Source: Actinomycetes bacterium (GTDB lineage Bacteria; Actinomycetota; Actinomycetes; S36-B12). From it: DNA of 64,000 bases. Of this stretch, positions 10,457 through 19,524 are shown one piece after another; position 1 is the stretch's first letter; every line of letters starts with the position of its first letter. The DNA is taken from the NCBI GenBank assembly GCA_037130755.1, contig JBAXSI010000002.1, positions 111,661 through 175,660 on the forward strand, in the 5' to 3' direction. Made by a program: the position numbers and the translations under genes. The notes under the pieces are model-generated. The model did not search any database. It was not told the origin of the DNA and worked only from the letters and a program-made list of their open reading frames with translations.

Positions 10457-10674
10457 GATGCCCTCCCGCCTACACGCTACGGCTCACGACTGCGTGATGG
10501 AGCGGTGAAGCAGTGGATGGTGAGGCCTGGGTCGGCGCGTACAGCCGGAAATAGCTGAACTAGCCCCTTCCGGAGATCGTCTCGATCCAGTTGGACTCAG
10601 CCGCCCCTGGCGGCAGCGAGGGACCGAAGAGCAGGTCGACCGATCCCTCGTCGTTGACGGCGATGCCGCCCGGG

Positions 10675-13215
10675 CTATTGCGGCGGGTGGGTCGCCGTGC
10701 CGTGCGGGTTCACCAGATCCGTGATGCTCCCGTCCGCGGCGGGGATTGGCCCGGGTCGCCCGTAGAGGTAGCCCTGGCCGTGGGTCCAGCCCTGGGCGCG
10801 CAGGATGTCGGCCTGCTCGGTGGTCTCGATCCCTTCGGCGATGCTGACGATGTTGAGTCCGTGCGCGAGTCCGGCCAGTCCAGCGGCAAGGGCCCGTGAC
10901 GTGTCGTCGGTGGTGAGCTGGCGGGTGAAGGTCAGGTCGAGTTTGAGCCCACTGACGGGGAGATCGCGGAGCAGCGCGATGGAGGAGTACCCGGTGCCGA
11001 AGTCGTCGACGTGAATCCCGATGCCTTGGTCGTGCAGATCGGCGAGGTCCTCGCGGGTGCGGTCGAGGACGGACAGGATGGCTGACTCCGTGACCTCGAT
11101 GACGATGCGTCGCGGGTCGATGCCACGCGCGTGGATCCTCGCGAGGAAGCGGTCGTGCCATCCGGGTCGGGTGATCTGGCTGGGGGAGTTGTTGACGCTG
11201 ATCGCCACCGTCACATCGGGCCGGTGCTGGAGGAGGTCGAAGACCTGTTCCAGCACCTGGTCGTCGATCTCGTCGACGAGACCGGAGTCCTCAGCGACCT
11301 GCAGGAACTCCGCCGGCGCGAGCAGCCCGCGCAGGGGGTGATTCCAGCGGACGAGGGCCTCGTAACCAGCGACCGTGGCGTCGGGCAGCGACACGATGGG
11401 CTGGTAGTGCACGACGAACTGCCGCTCACCGATGGCCGTGCGCAGCTCGGCCTCGGTGACAAGACGCGCCATCGCCTCGGCGTGCATCTCGGGGTCGAAG
11501 AACGCCCACCGTGATCGTCCGGCAGCCTTGGCCCGGACCAGTGCTGAGTCGGTGTCACGCAGCAACGACATGGGAGTGGACGTCGGGTCGGACAGGACGA
11601 TGCCGATGGAGGCGGACACCGTCACGGAATGTCCCCCGGCCAGGCCCACCTGGCTCACCGCCGCCCCGAGCCGTTCCGCGATCGCGATGGCCTCAATCTC
11701 GCCCTGGGTGCCGGGAGCGATGACAATGAACTCATCCGCGCCGAAGCGTCCGACCCGGTCCCCTGGGCGCAACGCGTGCGAGATCCGACCGGCCACGGCG
11801 ACCAGCACCTCGTCTCCGACCGTGTGGCCCAGCGAGTCGTTGACGATCTTGAAGTTGTCCAAGTCCAGGAAGAACACCGCAACCGCGGAGCCGGAACGCC
11901 GGGCGAGGGCCAGGTCGGACTCGAGAATGTCCAGGATCCAGAGCCGGTTGTAGAGCCCGGTGAGCGGGTCGTGAAGGGCGAGGAAGCGTAGCTGCTGCTG
12001 GGCCCGGTCCCGGTCGACCGACACCGAGACCAGGTGCGCTGCGTCCCGCCCGACCTGCTCCTCGCGGGCCGTCAGCGGCCGCGGCGGGTTCGATGTGAGC
12101 GTGAGTTCGCCGAGCCGTTCGTCACCGGCTCCGGCGATGGGGATCGTGCAGGATCCGGGGTCCCTTGCCTCGACGGCTGCGGTGCTGCTCTCGCCCGCTG
12201 GCAGGTCGGCAGCCATCGGTGATGAGGTCCCGTCGCCTTCGAGGCGGATGGTGCAGCGCAGGCCCGGCAGTATCTCCTTCACGTTCGCCCGCACGAACGT
12301 GACGATCGAGTCGAGGGTGTCCCCGCGTGCGATCCGCTCGAACGCCTGGCCCTGCTTCTCCACGAGCAGTTCCGCCTGCCTTCGGAGCGAGATGTCGCGG
12401 TAGGTGAGTGTGATGCCGTCGCCGAGCCGCGCGGCGTGCACGTCGAGGACCCGCCGGTCGGCCTCTTCGTGCCCGGTCGTGATCTCGAACGTTGCGGGGG
12501 CGCCGACCTCGAGCACACGCAGGCACTGCGCGTAGCACATCGACGCGTGGGACCAGGATGCGGTGATCTCGCGAAGGCTCCGCCCGACCACCGCGTCGCC
12601 GCCGGCGAGTACGACGGCCTCGGGGTTGGCATCCACGCAGACGAGGTCGACGACGCCGCCGGCGTCGTCCCGGACAGCCTCGAGGATCACGATTGCGTCG
12701 ACGAACGTGTCCATTGCCGAGCGCAGTCGCTCCGTGTTGACCGCAAGGGCAGTCGTCGCCGCTTGGCTGCTCGCCTCTGCTGTCTTCAGGGCCGCATTCT
12801 CAGCAACGAGTGCGAGCGCGCGCCGCACGGCGTCGCCCAGCCGTGCCGGGCGGTCCTTGAGGACATAGTCCCAAGCACCCTCGCGCAGCAGTTCGAGAGC
12901 GGCCTCCTCGCCGATCTGCCCGGACAGGAACACGAACGGGGTTTGGGGAGCGAGCCGTCGCGCCAGCCTGAGTGCCATCTCGCCGGACCAGCCGGGGATC
13001 CCGAAGTCGGACACGATCACTTCGGGGTCGAACCGGTCGAGTGCCTCGGTGAACGCCGCCTCGGTGTCGACGACCTCCACGACCGGGTGGAGTCCCTGGC
13101 CGGTGAGGGCGCGCACGGCGAGTTCAGCGTCGGCGGGATTGTCCTCCACGATCAGGACGCGCAAAGGCTTGGGAGCCACCGCGGTCCCGCCACCGGCGCC
13201 CACCGCGGTACTCAC
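10675..13215 (-). CDS. Response regulator REC-PAS-GAF-GGDEF(degenerate GADEF)-EAL, likely phosphorylation-controlled c-di-GMP phosphodiesterase
   Basis: REC (LRVLIVEDNPADAEL, acceptor context IVSDFGIPG). PAS then GAF-like block. GGDEF domain with GRFGADEFIVIA (second G lost) but RPGD I-site kept. EAL with YEALVRW, EVTESAI, DDFGTGYSS. The GTG start overlaps the stop of the upstream REC gene (GTGA). Confidence 0.9.
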   Translation of the reverse strand: MSTAVGAGGGTAVAPKPLRVLIVEDNPADAELAVRALTGQGLHPVVEVVDTEAAFTEALDRFDPEVIVSDFGIPGWSGEMALRLARRLAPQTPFVFLSGQIGEEAALELLREGAWDYVLKDRPARLGDAVRRALALVAENAALKTAEASSQAATTALAVNTERLRSAMDTFVDAIVILEAVRDDAGGVVDLVCVDANPEAVVLAGGDAVVGRSLREITASWSHASMCYAQCLRVLEVGAPATFEITTGHEEADRRVLDVHAARLGDGITLTYRDISLRRQAELLVEKQGQAFERIARGDTLDSIVTFVRANVKEILPGLRCTIRLEGDGTSSPMAADLPAGESSTAAVEARDPGSCTIPIAGAGDERLGELTLTSNPPRPLTAREEQVGRDAAHLVSVSVDRDRAQQQLRFLALHDPLTGLYNRLWILDILESDLALARRSGSAVAVFFLDLDNFKIVNDSLGHTVGDEVLVAVAGRISHALRPGDRVGRFGADEFIVIAPGTQGEIEAIAIAERLGAAVSQVGLAGGHSVTVSASIGIVLSDPTSTPMSLLRDTDSALVRAKAAGRSRWAFFDPEMHAEAMARLVTEAELRTAIGERQFVVHYQPIVSLPDATVAGYEALVRWNHPLRGLLAPAEFLQVAEDSGLVDEIDDQVLEQVFDLLQHRPDVTVAISVNNSPSQITRPGWHDRFLARIHARGIDPRRIVIEVTESAILSVLDRTREDLADLHDQGIGIHVDDFGTGYSSIALLRDLPVSGLKLDLTFTRQLTTDDTSRALAAGLAGLAHGLNIVSIAEGIETTEQADILRAQGWTHGQGYLYGRPGPIPAADGSITDLVNPHGTATHPPQ

Positions 13216-13640
13216 GGCGCGTCGGGCAGGGGTGGCGACTCGTTGATGAGCAGCCAGAACATGCCCAGCGTCTTGACCGCGTCGGAGAACTCCGCGAAAC
13301 TCACGGGCTTGCGCACGTATGCGTTCGCACCTTCCTGGTAACTGGAGAGGATGTCCTCCTCCTGGAGGGATGAGGTGAGCACGACGACGGGGAGCAGACG
13401 GGTGTGGCTGGAACCGCGGATCCGGCGCAACACCTCAAGCCCGTCGATCTTGGGCAGCTTGAGGTCGAGCAGCACGAGGGAAGGCAGCGTTGCGCCGTCC
13501 CCGAACAGGTGCTCGAGCGCCTCAGCGCCGTCGTGCGCGACCACGACGCTGTTGGCGACGTTGTTCTTGACCAATGCCCGCACGGTGAGGGCCTCGTCGT
13601 CGGGGTTGTCCTCGACGAGCAGGATATGGGCCTGGTTCAT
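13212..13640 (-). CDS. Single-domain response regulator (CheY/Rcp1-like receiver)
   Basis: ILLVEDNPDDEAL, LVLLDLKLPKIDGLEVL, VVVLTSS, ANAYVRKP. There is no output domain. The ATG overlaps the stop of the upstream kinase (ATGA). Confidence 0.9.
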   Translation of the reverse strand: MNQAHILLVEDNPDDEALTVRALVKNNVANSVVVAHDGAEALEHLFGDGATLPSLVLLDLKLPKIDGLEVLRRIRGSSHTRLLPVVVLTSSLQEEDILSSYQEGANAYVRKPVSFAEFSDAVKTLGMFWLLINESPPLPDAP

Positions 13641-15625
13641 GTCTGCTCCGATGGGTTGAGGGTGAAGCGGAACGTGGCCCCTTCATCGACGGCGGCCTCG
13701 GCCCAGATGCGGCCACCGTGGCGCTCGACGATGCGTCGGGCGCTCGCCAGGCCAATGCCGTTGCCGGGGAACTCGCTGGAGGAGTGCAACCGCTGGAACG
13801 GCTGGAACAGCTTGTCAGAGTAGGCCGGGTCGAAGCCCGCGCCGTTGTCGCGCACCACAAGGCAGAAGGGGGCGTCCGTCACGGTCTCGGTGCCTACCTC
13901 GATGCAGGCGTCGGGTCGCTTCGAGGTGTACTTCCAAGCATTGTCGAGCAGGTTCTCCAGCACCGTGTGCAGCAGCGGCCCGTCCCCCCGGGCCTTCATG
14001 CCGGGCTCGATGACCACCTGGACTCGGCGGTCAGGGTCGCGGTCGGCCAGGCCCTCGAGGATCGTGGCGCACTCGGCGCTGACGTCTACCCCTTCGACGT
14101 GCAGCACGGCGCGCGACACCCGCGACAGCTGGAGCAGGTCGTCGATCAGCCCCGCCATCTGTCGACTGGCCGCCTCGATCCGGTGGGCATAGCCCCGGCC
14201 GGTCTCGTCGAGGGTGTCGGAGTACTCCTCCAGCAGCGCCTCACTGAACCCGCTCATCGCTCGTAGCGGCGATCGCAGGTCGTGCGACACCGAATAGGTG
14301 AACGCCTCTAGCTCGGCGTTCGCGCGCCGGATCTCGTCTGTGCGCTGCTCCACACGTTGCTCCAGGACCGCGTTCAACTGCCTGACCTCGGCTTCCGCCG
14401 CCATCCGGTGTCTGGATTCCCGGGCGACTACCTCTTCCGCGCTCTTGCGTTCGGTGACGTCGCGGCTCGACTCGATCACGTGGGCGACGGACCCGTCCGG
14501 GCCGAACTCCGGGGCGACGCTCGTCTCATACCAGCGGTGCCCCTCCGCGTTGTCGATCTCGAACTCGAACGTGACCGGCTCGCCGGTGGTGAACACCGTT
14601 CGGCGATGGACGTCCCACGACTGAGCGAGTTCGGCCGGGTAACCCATCTCCTCGAACGTCTTCCCGATCCACCGCTCGGCCGGAATGCCGGAGATCTCCA
14701 CGACCCGATGGTTGACGAACTCCACCAGGCCGTCGGCGCCGATTCGGATCGTGGTGTCAGGCGAGGTATCGAGCACGGCCCGCAACAACTCCTCGCCGGC
14801 GACCAGTGCCTGCTGCGCTGCTTTGCGCTCGGTGATGTCGCGTGCGGCGGCGAAGACTCCGGCGACGTCGCCGTCGGGGTCGCGGTAGACGGAGGCGTTG
14901 TAGAGCACGTCGGTGACGGAGCCGTCGACGTTCCGGATCGCCAGCGGGTAGTCGGTGACTGAGCCAGCGGCGAATGCCTCGCGGTAGCCGGCACGGGCCT
15001 GGTCGGGGTCGGTGAAGTAGCCGGCGAAGTCACTGCCGATCAGGGCCTGCCTTGGGACGCCAGTGGCCGTCACGGTGGCCGCGTTGACGTCGGTGATGAC
15101 GCCGCCAGGACTGATCGTGACCAGCGGGTCAAGGCTCGCCTCGAGCAGGGACCGCGCATACCCGGACACCCGGACGAGCTCCTCCTCGACCCGCACTCGG
15201 TCCTCGATGTCGACGATCAGGGCCCGGTTCGCGTTCTCCCGGTCCGTGACATCGATGAAGGTCACGGTGACCTGCTCCAGCTGCCCGCTATCGTCGACGC
15301 TGGGAAGTGCATTGACCTCCAGCCAGACATCGGGTCCCGCGGACGGCCGGACGATCATGGTCAGCCCGTGAACCGGCTCCATTGACGAGATCACCTGCAT
15401 CACGGGGAACCGCTCCAGAGCCATCGGGGAGTGGTCGGCCTCCAGGAACACCCAGCTGGGATCGGTCGCGAGTCGGCCTTCAAGATCCTGGAGTCCGAGG
15501 AGGGCCCGTGCGCGGTCGTTGGCCTCGATGATCGCGGTGTCGGCAGCGTGGACCACCACTCCGGCGCTCAGGGCGGCCAGAAGTGCTTCGTATCGGCTCG
15601 TCACGAGATCCCACCTCCCGACCAC
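13637..15625 (-). CDS. Multi-PAS sensor histidine kinase
   Basis: Three to four PAS modules, then HisKA H-box FTYSVSHDLRSPLRAM and an HATPase_c region (NLLDNAWKYT, VRDNGAGFD, GNGIGLA). Confidence 0.9.
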   Translation of the reverse strand: MVGRWDLVTSRYEALLAALSAGVVVHAADTAIIEANDRARALLGLQDLEGRLATDPSWVFLEADHSPMALERFPVMQVISSMEPVHGLTMIVRPSAGPDVWLEVNALPSVDDSGQLEQVTVTFIDVTDRENANRALIVDIEDRVRVEEELVRVSGYARSLLEASLDPLVTISPGGVITDVNAATVTATGVPRQALIGSDFAGYFTDPDQARAGYREAFAAGSVTDYPLAIRNVDGSVTDVLYNASVYRDPDGDVAGVFAAARDITERKAAQQALVAGEELLRAVLDTSPDTTIRIGADGLVEFVNHRVVEISGIPAERWIGKTFEEMGYPAELAQSWDVHRRTVFTTGEPVTFEFEIDNAEGHRWYETSVAPEFGPDGSVAHVIESSRDVTERKSAEEVVARESRHRMAAEAEVRQLNAVLEQRVEQRTDEIRRANAELEAFTYSVSHDLRSPLRAMSGFSEALLEEYSDTLDETGRGYAHRIEAASRQMAGLIDDLLQLSRVSRAVLHVEGVDVSAECATILEGLADRDPDRRVQVVIEPGMKARGDGPLLHTVLENLLDNAWKYTSKRPDACIEVGTETVTDAPFCLVVRDNGAGFDPAYSDKLFQPFQRLHSSSEFPGNGIGLASARRIVERHGGRIWAEAAVDEGATFRFTLNPSEQT
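14474..14567. repeat. PAS-cassette nucleotide repeat, copy C (inside histidine kinase gene)
   Basis: 94-nt block gatcacgtgggcgacggacccgtccgggccgaactccgggg...gtcgatctcgaactcg. By hand alignment it differs from copy B (17899-17992) at about 6 positions. Confidence 0.8.
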
Positions 15626-15777
15626 TCGGGGGATTCGTCACTCCATACTTGACAGCCCTGCGCTTTCGAGGCTACACCCCGCTGCCCCCCGACGCGGCGT
15701 CGTGCGATCGGTGACCACCGTGGACGGTTGCGACCATCGGGCGACGGCGGGCACGCCTTTGCACACCGCCGGCCCAT

Positions 15778-18700
15778 TCAGTGGCACGGGTACGTGTGGT
15801 CCAGGAGTGGGGTGATCTGGTCGGGGGGGAGGGCGAGGGAGTAGAGGTAGCCCTGCGCCGATGGGCACCCCATGTCGCGGAGGTGGGTGGCCTGCTCGGG
15901 GTGTTCGACGCCTTCGGCGGTGACGGTGATGTCGAGGATGGTGGCCAGGGCGATGATGCCGGCGACGAGGCGGTGGTCGTGGTCGGGGAGGGTGGTGTCG
16001 GTGATGAAGCTGCGGTCGATCTTGATCACGTCGATGGGGTACTGGTGAAGGTAGGTCAGGGAGGCGTAGCCGGTGCCGAAGTCGTCGAGGGCGATGCCGA
16101 TGCCGCGGGCGTGGAGGCCGGCGAGGTTGTTGCGCGCGGTGGCGGTCTGGCGCAGCAGCGCGGTCTCGGTGATCTCGATGCACAGCAGCGCGGGGTCCAG
16201 GCCGCTGGCCGCCAGGGCGTCGTCGATCGCGGGCAGCAGTCCGGTCTCGGCGAGTTGGAGGGCGGAGGTGTTGACGCGGACGGTGATGGGCCGGTCGGGG
16301 CGGGCGGTGGCCCAGGCGGCGCCCTGGGCGCTGGCCTGGTTCAGGGCCCAGTCGCCGATGACCAGGATCAGCCCGGTGTCCTCGGCGACGTCGATGAACC
16401 GGTCGGCGGTCCACACCGTCCCGTCGGGGTGGTGCCAGCGCAGCAGCGCCTCCACGGCGATCACCGCCCCGGTGGCCAGGTCGATCTCGGGCTGGTACCA
16501 CACGGCGAGCTGGTCGCGTTCGAGGGCGTGCCGCAGGTCGGTCTCGACAACGCGACGGGTGGCGGCGCTGATGCGCAGGTCCTCGTTGAACACGGCCACC
16601 CGGTCGCGGCCCGCGTCCTTGGCGGCATACATCGCGGTATCGGCCTCCCGCAGGAGGTCTCCGGGGTCGGGTGCTGCAGCGACGTCACCGGCGATGGCCA
16701 CCCCGATGCTCGCCGTGGAGTACAGCTCCGCCCCGGCAAGGGTGAAAGGAGCCCGGAACGCGTCCACCAGCCGCCCGGCTGCCCGCACGGCCTCGGTCGG
16801 GTCGTCCAGGTCGCGCATCACGATCACGAACTCGTCCCCGCCGAGGCGGGCCACGAGGTCCCCGGCACGCACGACGTGCTCGATCCGAGCTGCGGCGGCG
16901 ACCAGCAGGTCATCACCGGCGGTGTGCCCCAGGGTGTCGTTGACGTTCTTGAACCGGTCCAGGTCCATCATCAGGACTGCCGCCGGCCGGCCCGACCGCT
17001 GTCTCGCGCTCACCGCCCTGGTGATCTCGTCCAGCAGTGCCGCCCGGTTCGCCAGCCCGGTCAGCGGGTCTCGGGTGGCCAGCGCCTGCAGCACGTCGCT
17101 GGCGTTCTTGCGTTCGGTGATGTCGAGCGCCACCCCCTGAACTCCGGTGATTCCTCCCGCGGGGTTGCGTACCGCCTCGCCGCGAGCGAGCATCCACCCG
17201 TGGGTGCCGTCGGGTCGGACCATCTCCAGTTCCAGCTCGTAGGGGGAACCAGTTGTCTGGGTCTGGGAGATGGCGGTATTCATGCGAAGCAGGCTCTCCG
17301 GGGTGAAGAAGCGATCGGACTCGGCGTAGTCCGGGACTGGGCTCTCCGGGTCCAGGCCCCGCATCAGGTACATCTCCTGCGACAGCGTGACCTGATTCGT
17401 GGCCAGGTCCAAGGTCCAACTGCCGACATGGGCGATCCGCTGCGCCTGCTCCAACTGCGACTGGCTCGCCCGCAGCGCCTCCTCCGCCGCCTTGCGCTCC
17501 GTGATGTCACGACTCGTCAGGATCACGTGGGCGACCGCCCCGTCCGGGCCGAACTCCGGGGCGACGCTCGTCTCGTACCACCGGTGACCCTCGGCGTTGT
17601 CGATCTCGAACTCGTAGGCGACAGGCTCGCCGGTCTCGAACGCACGTCGGTCGTGGGCCTCCCAACTCGTCGCGAGGTCGGCCGGGTAGCCCATCTCGAT
17701 GAATGTCCTTCCGATCCAGTCGTCGAACTGGATTCCGGACACGGCGATTACCCGACCGTTCACGTACTCGATCCGACCCTCGCTACCGACCCGTATAGTC
17801 AGGTCATTCGACGTGTCGAGCACCACCCGCAACAACTCCTCGCTTGCGACCAGTGCCTGCTGCGCTTCCTTACGGTCGGTGATGTCGCGGCTCGTCTCGA
17901 TCACATGGGCGACCGCCCCGTCCGGGCCGAACTCCGGGGCGACGCTCGTCTCATACCAGCGGTGACCGTCGGCGTTGTCGATCTCGAACTCGAACGTGAC
18001 CGGTTCCCCGGTGGCGAACACGCGCTGGCGCTGGGCGTCCCAGCTCTGAGCCAGCTGGACCGGGTAGCCCATCTCCTCGAACGTCTTCCCGATCCACTGT
18101 TCGAAAGGGATGCCGGAGATCTCCACGACCCGTTTGTTCACGTACTTAATCCGGCCGTCGAGGCCGATCCGTATCGTGGTGTCCCGCGACGTGTCGAGCA
18201 CCGTCCTCAATGACTCCTGAGCGGCGGCCAGCGCTTTCCGGGCGAGTACCTCGTCCTGTATGTCTCGTTGAGTTGCGATCCTGCCGATCGTTCCGCGCTC
18301 GTCGACGACAGCGGCGCTGACCACGCCGCCCATCCACCGGTACTCACCACTGGCCATGCGCGACCGCAGCTCGAAGCGCACCCCGGTCTCCCCGCCAGTT
18401 GTGCGGGTCCGCACTTGAGGTACGACCGCGAGATCGTCCGGATGGACGAGATCCGTGCCCTTGGTGCCCACCAGGTCATCCGGTTCGTATCCCAAGACCA
18501 GTCGGACACTCGGTGACACCCACAGGAAGACACCGTCGGGGTTGATCAGGCTGACCATGTCGGTGCTGTTCTCCGCCAGCAGCCGGTAGCGGCGCTCGCT
18601 GTTCTCAAGTGCCTCCTCCGCAAGCACTCGGTCCTCGATGTCGGTGATGATCGAGAACAGCAGGGGCGTACCGTCGCGAATGGGGGAGGAGTGCACGTCC

Positions 18701-19068
18701 ACCCTGCGGATCTCGCCGCTGGCCAAGCGATGCGGCGCTACGAAATGGCCGTGCGCACGGGATGCTGCTTTCGCCAACAGGCCAGCCACCTCGTCGGCAG
18801 GCATCACGTTGATGTCGGTGATCGACATCGAGCGCATGTCGTCCACGCTGTATCCGTAGAACGAGGCCGCCGACGGATTTGCGTCAACGATTTCCTCTGT
18901 TTCGGGGTCGATGAGCAGCATCACCGCATCGTGGTCGTGGAACACCGCGTCGAAGCGGTGCACGCCGGCGAGAACCTCGACGTCCGAGGCTTGGCTCGTG
19001 CCAAGGTGAGCGGCGGGTCCGTTTTCGTCTCCCGGGCCACCGCGTTGACCGTGGTCTTGGCCGGCCAT
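15778..19068 (-). CDS. PAS-array GGDEF-EAL protein (1096 aa), paralogue of 5582-9241
   Basis: N-terminal PAS nearly the same as in 5582-9241 (FHDHDAVMLLIDPETEEIVDAN, HRLASGEIRRVDVHSSPIRDG). Tandem duplicated PAS modules. GGDEF with RAGD I-site and ARLGGDEFVIVM. EAL with VEALLRW, EITETAL, DDFGTGYAS. Confidence 0.9.
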   Translation of the reverse strand: MAGQDHGQRGGPGDENGPAAHLGTSQASDVEVLAGVHRFDAVFHDHDAVMLLIDPETEEIVDANPSAASFYGYSVDDMRSMSITDINVMPADEVAGLLAKAASRAHGHFVAPHRLASGEIRRVDVHSSPIRDGTPLLFSIITDIEDRVLAEEALENSERRYRLLAENSTDMVSLINPDGVFLWVSPSVRLVLGYEPDDLVGTKGTDLVHPDDLAVVPQVRTRTTGGETGVRFELRSRMASGEYRWMGGVVSAAVVDERGTIGRIATQRDIQDEVLARKALAAAQESLRTVLDTSRDTTIRIGLDGRIKYVNKRVVEISGIPFEQWIGKTFEEMGYPVQLAQSWDAQRQRVFATGEPVTFEFEIDNADGHRWYETSVAPEFGPDGAVAHVIETSRDITDRKEAQQALVASEELLRVVLDTSNDLTIRVGSEGRIEYVNGRVIAVSGIQFDDWIGRTFIEMGYPADLATSWEAHDRRAFETGEPVAYEFEIDNAEGHRWYETSVAPEFGPDGAVAHVILTSRDITERKAAEEALRASQSQLEQAQRIAHVGSWTLDLATNQVTLSQEMYLMRGLDPESPVPDYAESDRFFTPESLLRMNTAISQTQTTGSPYELELEMVRPDGTHGWMLARGEAVRNPAGGITGVQGVALDITERKNASDVLQALATRDPLTGLANRAALLDEITRAVSARQRSGRPAAVLMMDLDRFKNVNDTLGHTAGDDLLVAAAARIEHVVRAGDLVARLGGDEFVIVMRDLDDPTEAVRAAGRLVDAFRAPFTLAGAELYSTASIGVAIAGDVAAAPDPGDLLREADTAMYAAKDAGRDRVAVFNEDLRISAATRRVVETDLRHALERDQLAVWYQPEIDLATGAVIAVEALLRWHHPDGTVWTADRFIDVAEDTGLILVIGDWALNQASAQGAAWATARPDRPITVRVNTSALQLAETGLLPAIDDALAASGLDPALLCIEITETALLRQTATARNNLAGLHARGIGIALDDFGTGYASLTYLHQYPIDVIKIDRSFITDTTLPDHDHRLVAGIIALATILDITVTAEGVEHPEQATHLRDMGCPSAQGYLYSLALPPDQITPLLDHTYPCH
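17521..17614. repeat. PAS-cassette nucleotide repeat, copy A
   Basis: 94-nt block with about 4 mismatches to copy B. It lies exactly 378 nt (126 codons, one PAS module) from copy B within the same gene. Confidence 0.85.
17899..17992. repeat. PAS-cassette nucleotide repeat, copy B
   Basis: See copies A and C. Encodes EFEIDNA(D/E)GHRWYETSVAPEFGPDGAVAHVI on the minus strand. Confidence 0.85.
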
Positions 19069-19322
19069 CGCTGTCCCCCTTTAGGCAAGTGGCGACTGGA
19101 ACCCCGTCGTGAGCAGCGTAGACCCGCCATCGGCCGCAAAGCCGCCGTCGGGGCCGGCGAGGGATCCGGTCGGGGGTGGTGGAGGAGAGGGGTGATCTGG
19201 TCTGGGGTAGTGCGGGGTAGTACTGGAAGCCTGCTGCGGGAGAGAGCGTCCCCTTGTGCCGTGAGCGCATCTGACTCGGCATCGGGGGGTAGCCCAGCCC
19301 AGTGACCCTGCCAACAACTACT

Positions 19323-19399
19323 TGGGGTGAGTGACGGGACTTGAACCCGCGACCACCTGGACCACAACCAGGTGCTCTACCAGCTGAGCTACACCCACC
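19323..19399 (-). tRNA. tRNA-His (anticodon GTG), CCA and G-1 genomically encoded
   Basis: The reverse complement reads g-gtgggtg-ta-gctcagctggtagagc-a-cctgg-ttGTGgt-ccagg-tggtc-gcgggttcaagtcccgt-cactcac-c-cca. It folds as a cloverleaf with a 7-bp acceptor stem and the extra 5' G typical of tRNA-His. Confidence 0.93.
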
Positions 19400-19524
19400 A
19401 TGAGCATCGCGGTGCCGGGGGCGCCGTCCTGTCATCCCGCCGCGAAGCGGGAAGGTGATTCTATCGAAGCCAGGTCCGGTGTCTCATCGGACCCGACCTT
19501 CGAGCCAGATCGGTACGCGGCTGC

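Noticed and set aside
15638-16501. 287-aa Pro/Arg-rich minus-strand ORF in another frame of the 15778-19068 gene (also 10484-11161, 225 aa, over the 3' end of 10675-13215)
   Set aside because: These are out-of-frame overlaps with strongly supported EAL-domain coding sequence. Their monotonous P/R/H composition is typical of an alternative frame in GC-rich DNA.
19069-19524. tRNA-His as an integration site of a genomic island carrying the c-di-GMP genes
   Set aside because: I saw no integrase, recombinase or transposase ORF and no obvious direct repeat of the tRNA 3' end in the window. The orn/tRNA-His adjacency looks like core synteny. The idea is not excluded, but it is unsupported.
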